From IMG/VR virus record IMGVR_UViG_3300025646_000320, positions 1 through 25,873 of that record: a stretch of 25,873 nt of DNA; one strand, 5' to 3'. Under the pieces are notes generated by a model. It was not told where the DNA came from. It made no database searches and was given only the letters and a program-made list of their open reading frames with translations. This stretch comes from a virus. Its lineage: Duplodnaviria; Caudoviricetes. Below are positions 1 to 9,000 of the stretch, piece by piece. The translations under genes and the position numbers were made by a program. Every line of letters starts with the position of its first letter. The stretch's first letter is position 1.

Positions 1-3000
1 CATTTTGATCCAATCCATCCAACTGACCATGCTGTGTAGTAAATCGTTTTAGAAGATCATTAATTGATGGTTCGTTTCCGTCTAGAGCATCCATGCGTGG
101 ATGCCAGAAGGATGCTCCGATTTGAGCATCGTTTGCCGAATCAGAGTAGTAGAATGCACGAAGACTTTGATTCAGGGTGGTGGATGAGAAAGTATATTCA
201 GAGAAACCAGCATCAGTTCTGGTTCCATCCATAGCATATATTCCATCGAGATCACCGTAGTTTTTAGATCCAGTAGTGGTCCCAGATGCGTTGACAAACC
301 CTACCCAAAGATACCATTCATCAACCTCTGGGTTATCTCCTGCTGTCTTAAAGTAAGGGTTAGTATTGTGAACCCCATTTACTTGATTTACTACAGCCCA
401 TAGAGGGTTACTTGTATTGTGTGGTCCCATCAATAGAGACCCGATTGTATTATCGTGCTGCTTGATGAATACACTAAAACGATGTGATTTAGATGCGTCT
501 ATAGGTTGAGCAGATCCAGTAGGGAAAAAACCACCCTCCCATGGACTTGTATCATGTGGACCATCATCATATGCTTTCCATACAATAGAGCTTCCATTGA
601 AAGGGTCTGGTGCATATTCTCTGATATTGGAAGAGGCTTCCATAATTGAGTATAAATTCCAATCAGTCATAGCACCAGAACCTTCTGTCCATTCAGTAAG
701 TCCTGAATAAGAAGAGTTGATCGGAGGCATCCTAGTAACACTTGGGAAGAATGAAGATACATCTGCATAAGTGCTAGAAAGAAGGTATTGTGGGTGATCG
801 TTATCTCCTAAACCAGCTATCGACCCGTGATCAATACTAGCTACCGTGAAGTGCTTTGTTATATCGGCTATGTGACCATCAATTTGAGCGTGAGTATTTG
901 TGCCAATATTCGTTAATTGAGTGTGATCAGTAGTGTCATTATCAGTTGACCATGTAGATTCATTAGCTGCTATGTAACCTGATAGGGATACAGTAGATCC
1001 TTCAACGCTTGTTACAAGACTGCTTAATGCTTGGTTTGTTGAAGAAAGAACATATTGAGGGTGGTCGTTATCTCCAAGACCGTTAAGATCACCATGCTCT
1101 ATGTATGTTGTGATGTCACTGAGATCAAGAGCATTTTCTATAGCAGAAGTATTAGTATCTACTACACCAGAGACATAAGATATATCAGCAGTGTTATCAT
1201 CTACTACTCCACTGACGTAACTAATGTCACTACTCTCTTCCCAGCTACCAGATAGGCTCTGAACCTGGGAGTATACCGAGTTCCAGTTCCCAGAAGTGCT
1301 AATGACGTTCGCCATGTCTGCCTCAAGGGCAGTAATGTCGTTAGCGTTAGTAGTAATGTTGCCTGCGTTAGTGCTGATGTTGCTAGTGTTAGTAGCGATG
1401 TTAGCTGATACAGAACCAAGGTTAGCAACATCTGCCTCAAGGGCCGTGATGTCATTAGCGTTGGTTGTAATGTTTCCTGCATTAGTGCTAATGTTAGAAG
1501 TGTTTGTGGCGATATTAGCAGATACAGAACCAAGGTTAGAGATGTCAGCAGTGTTTGCATCAACCACTCCACTTACATAACTAATATCTGCACTCTCTTC
1601 CCAAGAGGCCGACAAGGACTGGACCTGGGAGTATGCAGAGTTCCAGTTACCAGAAGCAGCCGCCAAGGCACTATCGTTGTAGACAGTGCCCCACGTCCCA
1701 GAGTTAGCCAGGACAGTAGAGTATGTCCCATCCCAGTCACCAGAGGCAGCAGCTACCTCGCTGATTTTATCGCCTTGACCACCAACAATACCAGACATCC
1801 AGGAGATGTCAGCAGCGTTATCACTAATGTTACCCGTGTTAGTGCTGATGTTGCTAGTGTTAGTAGCGATGTTAGCACTAACACTACCTAGGTTACTAAT
1901 GTCAGCAGTATTAGCATCAACCACTCCAGAGACATAGGAGATATCAGCGGACTCTTCCCAAGAAGCAGATAGTGACTGGACCTGAGAATACGCCGAGTTC
2001 CAGTTTCCAGACGCAGAACCTAGATTAGAGATGTCAGCAGCATTAGCATCCCATTTGTATTCATTGCTATTATATTCCGATATGGCTGCGCTAACATCTT
2101 GTCCTCCCGCAAATAGGTTCTTAAATACTCCTGTTCCTGCTTGTTCAATATACCATGTTTGTAGACCGTCTTCCTTTCCATAAACATTTCCATAGAAGTT
2201 TCCACCATCCTTAAGCATTTGCCATTGGAAGCTGGCTGATGTTTTGGAGGTCATACCGAACATCTTTAGGTAACAGTTGCCTGTAATACCCTCAATACGC
2301 AGCCTCATTCCTTTGAGGCTGCCAGTAGTGGTTGCATAGTAGTTTTCTGGGAATATGACATCGCGCTGGTCAGGTAAAGTTGGCATAGTTCCACTGAAAA
2401 TAGTGGTCCAAGTAGTGCCATCACCTTCCAATGCTTCGATTGTGATATCACCTACTGATGTGCCTGGAGTGCCATGCCAAAGAAGTAAAGGTTTCCAATA
2501 ATTCCAAGAAGAGTTACTGATTGTGAATCCACTAAACTCAATCTCCCAAGCATTACTTGCACTCTTATAACTGTTCAGATTGAAATAGTTATTAGTGTAT
2601 CTTGTAAACCTCTTTATAAGTGTTTCACCAGGGTCGCTTCCCTCCAGAATGTTGTAGGTAGCACCAGAATGTTCGTCTAATAGGTAAGCAGTTTGAATAG
2701 TATCATACCTAAACTCAATACCCTTACCATCATCACCGTAACCTTTAGGTTTTACGGTGAATCCTCGGAGAGTTGGCATCTGGCTTGTAGAACTAAAATC
2801 TCCATAAGACCATGTTTTGCTATCAATATACTTGGATACCCCGACTTGATCAAGTCTAAGAAGCCCATTCTTATCCTGAGTTGCGGTCCCAGTGTTGAGA
2901 TAGTAAGAACCTTGTTGACCATCTAGAAGATCCGCATCAAGATTAGATCCTGCTCCATCAACAGTCTTTATCTTTGTTAAAATCTCTGCCGCTGTGTCTG

Positions 3001-6000
3001 GGTCCCAAGTAGAAGACAGGGATCCTACCGTTCCATAGACGCTGTTCCAGTTACCAGAGGTGCTAATAACGTTAGCCATGTCTGCCTCAAGAGCAGTTAT
3101 GTCATTAGCATTGGTTGTAATGTTCCCTGCGTTAGTGCTAATGTTGCTAGTGTTAGTGGCGATATTAGCAGAGACAGAACCAAGGTTAGCTACGTCAGCT
3201 TCTAGCGCTGTAATGTCATTAGCGTTAGTGGTAATATTGCTAGTGTTAGTAGCTATGTTAGCAGATACGCTGCCTAGGTTAGCTACATCTGCCTCAAGAG
3301 CAGTTATGTCATTAGCGTTGGTGCTGATGTTGCTAGTGTTAGTAGCGATGTTAGCCGATACCGAGCCTAGGTTGGAGATGTCGGCAGTGTTAGAATCAAC
3401 TACACCTGAGACATAGGTTATATCAGCAGTGTTATCATCAACAAGACTACTTAATGCACTGTTAGTAGAAGAGAGGACATAATCTGTTCTTGGGACTATA
3501 CCTAATAGATCAGTTATTGAAGGTTCATTACCGTCTACAAGATCAATCCTTGGTTGGAAGAATTGAATAGCATCTCCTGTTCCTGCTGGGTTATTGAAGT
3601 GGTAAGCTCTAATACCGAGTGCAATAGCGGTAGTATCGTCAAATACCCTATCAGTAATACTAAATGAAACCTTCTCACCAGTAGATACTTTGTATATGCC
3701 TGTTTCCTGACGAGTGCTAGGACCTGTTTCAGTTTGATAAGCGTGTAGATAAGCAACCGCAAGATACCAGTCAGTGCTAGGCATTGGTAGATTAGATATG
3801 AAATATGGATTAATATTTCCTGTTCCTGATGCTGCTCCTGCCGATCTAACATCTACTCGATGATCATTAGTGCCTCCTTCTAGACTACTATGAGCATAGT
3901 TTCCAAAGTATACGCCTCCACTAGCAGTATTTTCCTGCTTAATGAAACAAGAGAATCTATATGTCGAGCTTGCATCCGCTGGGACTTTACCACTATTAAA
4001 TCCCCCCTCTCCATCAGAAGTAACATCAGTATCAATAGCTTTCCAAATAATACTTTGGTTGCCAAAAGGATCAGTATCAAACTCTCTAAGAGATGATGTG
4101 CTATAACTATTCCAACCAGTCGGAGCATTTTGATTACCACTTCCCTCTGTCCAAGGTTCAATGTAATGACCTAGAAGTTCTTTGTTGACCTTTGAATCAA
4201 CTACACCTGAGACATAGGTTATATCAGCAGACTCTTCCCAGGACGCAGACAAGGACTGAACTTGAGAGTAGGCGCTGTCCCAGTTTCCAGAGGTGCTAAT
4301 AACATTAGCCATGTCAGCCTCAAGAGCAGTAATGTCATTGGCATTGGTCGTAATGTTACCTGCGTTCGTGCTGATGTTAGTAGCATTGGTTAGAATGTTG
4401 CCAGAGACAGTGCCGATGTAGGTGATATCTGCTGTGTTAGCAGTGATGTTAGAAGTGTTAGTGGCAATGTTGGCGCTTACAGTTCCAAGGTTAGAGATGT
4501 CTGCTGTGTTAGCATCGACTACGCCTGAGACGTAGCTAATGTCCGCACTCTCTTCCCAAGAAGCAGATAGGGTATTTACTTGGTTATACGTGTCCTGCCA
4601 AACGCCGCTGGCTGCTGCGAAGACAGAGCTTAGTAAATATTGAGGGTGATCATTGTCAGAAAGACCAGCGATATTACCATGATCAATAAAAGCCTCGATA
4701 TCGCTTAGATCATAAACATCTTCGATAGCAGAAGTATTAGCATCTACTATACCTGATACGTAACTGATGTCAGAAGTATTACCATCTACTACTCCTGAGA
4801 CATAGGTTATATCAGCCGACTCTTCCCAAGAAGCAGATAGGGTATTTACTTGGTTATATGTGTCCTGCCAAACGCCGCTGGCTGCTGCGAGGACAGAGCT
4901 TAGTAGATATTGAGGGTGATCGTTATCTCCTAGTCCGCTAAGACTTCCATGATGAATGCTAGATACTAAACTATCGAACTCGATAGATACATCACTAAGT
5001 TCTAAGGCGCTTGCAATTGAAGAACTGTTGGCATCTATTATACTTGATAGGTATGAGATATCACTGTCATTAGAAGAAATGTTAGCAGTGTTAGTAGCAA
5101 TGTTAGCCGATACACTACCGAGGTTAGAGATGTCGGCAGTATTAGCATCAACTACTCCTGAGACATAGGTAATGTCAACAGACTCTTCCCAAGAATTGCT
5201 TAGGCTAAGGACCTGTGCATACACGCTATCCCAAGTTCCAGAGGCTGCTGCTACCTCGCTAATCTTGTTGCCCTGATCACCTACAATACCTGACACGAAG
5301 GTGATGTCATTGTCGTTGGCAGTGATGTTACTTGTGTTAGTATCTACTACACCTGACACATAGCTAATGTCTGCGCTCTCTTCCCACGATGCCGATAGAG
5401 ACTGAACTTGAGAGTAAACACTTTCCCAATCACCTGATGCCGCGCCTAAGTAACTTATATCAGCAGTGTTCACTGATATTGAACCTGACACTGCCTTTAG
5501 GTTGTTTATGTCGGCTAGGTTTCCTAGGCTTCTGGACGTGTTAGTAGCAATATCCGCACTGACAGATCCCAGGTTAGAGATATCAGCAGCGTTATCATCA
5601 ATTATGCCCGATACATAAGAAATATCAGAGGTCTTACCGTCAATGACACCTGACATGTAGGAGATGTCGTTATCATTGCGAGTGATGTTAATAGTGTTAG
5701 TGGCTATGTTAGCGCTTACACTACCTAGGTTGCTTATGTCGGCTGTGTTATCATCTACTACACCACTGACATAGGTAAGGTCAGCACTCTCTTCCCAAGA
5801 GTTACTAAGGCTGAGGACCTGTGCATACACACTATCCCAAGTTCCAGAAGCCGCCCTGACCTCGGTCATGTCATCGCCAAGCTCACTTACTACGCCAGAA
5901 ACATAGCTTATGTCGTTGTCGTTGGCAGTGATGTTACTTGTGTTAGTAGCGATATTAGCACTTACACTGCCTAGGTTAGCTACGTCAGCCTCTAGTGCAG

Positions 6001-9000
6001 TAATGTCGTTAGCATTGGTAGTGATGTTAGAAGCGTTAGTCAGGATGTTTCCTGATACAGTTCCAAGATAACCAATGTCAGCAGTGTTACTAGAAATGTT
6101 ACCTGTGTTAGTAGCGATGTTGCCACTTACAGTGCCAAGGTTAGAGATGTCAGCAGTATTAGCATCAACTACACCAGAGACATAAGTTATATCAGCAGAC
6201 TCTTCCCATGAGTTAGACAGTGAAAGAACCTGGGCGTATACTGAATCCCAAGTTCCTGAGGCTGCACGAACCTCTGTCATGTCGTCACTGAGATCGCTAA
6301 CTGCTCCACTAACGTAGGTAATGTCGTTGTCGTTAGCAGTGATGTTAGCAGTGTTGGTAGCGATGTTGGCAGATACAGACCCTAGGTTAGAGATGTCAGC
6401 AGTGTTAGCATCTACTACACCGGAGACATATGTTATATCAGCCGACTCCTCCCAAGAGGAGGACAGGCTATTTACTTGATTGTAGGTGCTCTGCCAAACA
6501 CCACTAGCTGCTGCTAAAACAGAGCTTAGTAGGTATTGAGGGTGATCATTATCTCCTAGACCGTTTAAATCTCCATGCTCTATGTATGTGGTGATATCAC
6601 TAAGGTCTAGGGCGTTTTCAATAGCCGAGGTATTGATATCTACAACTCCAGACACATACGTGATATCTGAAGTGTTTCCATCAATGATACCTGACATGTA
6701 GGAGATGTCGTTATCATTGCGAGTTATATTAATAGCGTTGTTATCTACAACACCACTGACATAGGTAAGGTCAGCACTCTCTTCCCATGAGTTGCTTAGG
6801 CTAAGAACTTGCTGATATACACTATCCCAAGTTCCGCTAGCTGCTGCAACCTCAGTGATCTTATCGCCTTGACCACCAACAATACCTGACACCCAGGAAA
6901 TATCGTTGTCGTTAGCAGTAATGTTAGCTGTGTTGGTTGCGATGTTAGCACTGACGCTGCCAAGGTTGTTGATGTCCGCTGTGTTAGCAGAGATGTTGGT
7001 GGCATTGGTCAGGATGTTACCAGAGACAGTCCCCAGGTAGGTAATATCTGCTGTGTTAGTAGCGATGTTGGCAGACACGCCACCTAGGTTGGAGATGTCA
7101 GAAGTATTATCGTCAATGATACCCGACATATAGGAGATGTCATTATCATTACGAGTGATATTGAGGGCGTTATTGTCTACTACTCCACTGACATATGTAA
7201 GGTCTGCACTCTCTTCCCATGCGTTACTAAGAGAAAGGACTTGTGAGTAAACGCTGTCCCAAGTTCCAGAAGCAGCAGCTATCTCAGAGATCTTATCACC
7301 TTGTCCACCGACTATGCCTGATACAAAGGTAATATCATTGTCGTTGGCAGTGATGTTAGCAGTGTTGGTAGCGATGTTAGCGCTTACACTTCCAAGGTTG
7401 GAGATGTCAGCAGTGTTATCGTCTACAACACCTGACACGTAGGTGATGTCGGCGGACTCTTCCCAAGAGCTACTAAGGGAAGCAACCTGGGCGTATACAC
7501 TGTCCCATGTGCCCGAAGCCGCACGAACCTCGGTCATGTCAGCACTGATATCGCTAACTGCCCCACTAACGTAGGTAATGTCGCCATCGTTAGCAGTAAT
7601 ATTGGCAGTGTTGGTAGCGATGTTAGCACTAACACTTCCTAGGTTACTAATGTCTGCTGTGTTAGCGGAGATGTTGCTAGCATTGGTCAGTATGTTACCA
7701 GAGACAGTTCCTAGGTAAGCAATATCTGCTGTGTTGGTAGCGATGTTAGCAGATACAGAACCTAGGTTGGAGATATCAGCAGTATTGTCGTCAATGATAC
7801 CTGACATATAGGAAATGTCGTTATCATTGCGAGTGATGTTAATAGCGTTGTTATCTACAACACTAGAGACATAGCTAATATCTGCCGACTCTTCCCATGC
7901 GTTACTGAGGGTAAGCACCTGTGCATATGCACTGTCCCATGTAGAACTAGCAGCAGCGACCTCAGAGATCTTATCTCCTTGCCCACCAACTATGCCTGAT
8001 AGCCATGTTACATCAGCTTCGTTATCCGCGATTCCCGCACTGACTCCTCCCAGGAAGGTGATATCGTCAGTGTTAGATTGAATGTTGGCCGATACACTTC
8101 CCAGGTTAGCCACATCGGCTTGATTCTGGGCAACGACCCCTGACACGTAAGAGATATCGGGGCTTTCTTCCCAAGACGAAGAGAGACTGAGAACTTGAGC
8201 ATATACTGAATCCCAGGTAGCGCTTGCTGCTGCCACCTCTGCAATGTCATCACCTTGGTCACTTACGATACCTGATACAAAGGTAATGTCGTTATCGTTA
8301 GCAGTGATGTTGGTGGTGTTGGTATCTACTACACCACTTACGTAGGTGATGTCTGCACTCTCTTCCCATGAGTTGCTGAGAGACACTACCTGAGCATACA
8401 CACTATCCCAAGTTCCTGAGGCTGCACGAACCTCTGTCATGTCGTCACTGAGATCGCTAACTGCTCCACTAACGTAAGTAATATCGTTGTCGTTAGTAGT
8501 GATATTGGCAGTGTTAGTAGCGATGTTAGCAGAGACAGAGCCAAGGTTGGAGATATCAGCAGTATTAGCGTCTACAACACCTGACACGTAAGCTAGGTCA
8601 CCACCTGCTACACCAGAAACAACGCTAGAGAGGTAGGTAATATCAGAGGCATTGTCACTGATAAGCCCTGTGTTGCTAGTAATGTCGCTGGAGTTAGTGC
8701 CAATATCAATGATGTTCTGTGCGACTACACCGCTTACATAGCTAATATCTGCACTCTCTTCCCATGAGTTGCTTAGGCTAAGGACTTGCTGATATACGCT
8801 ATCCCAAGTTCCAGAAGCTGCCGCCACCTCACTAATCTTATTGCCCTGGTTACCTACAATACCTGACACGAAGGTGATGTCTGCATCCTGTGCATCACTA
8901 ACACCAGAGAGGTAGGTGATATCTGCTGCGTTGTCGTCTACTACACCTGATACGTAGGTAATATCTGCACTCTCTTCCCAAGAGTTACTAAGAGATAGAA

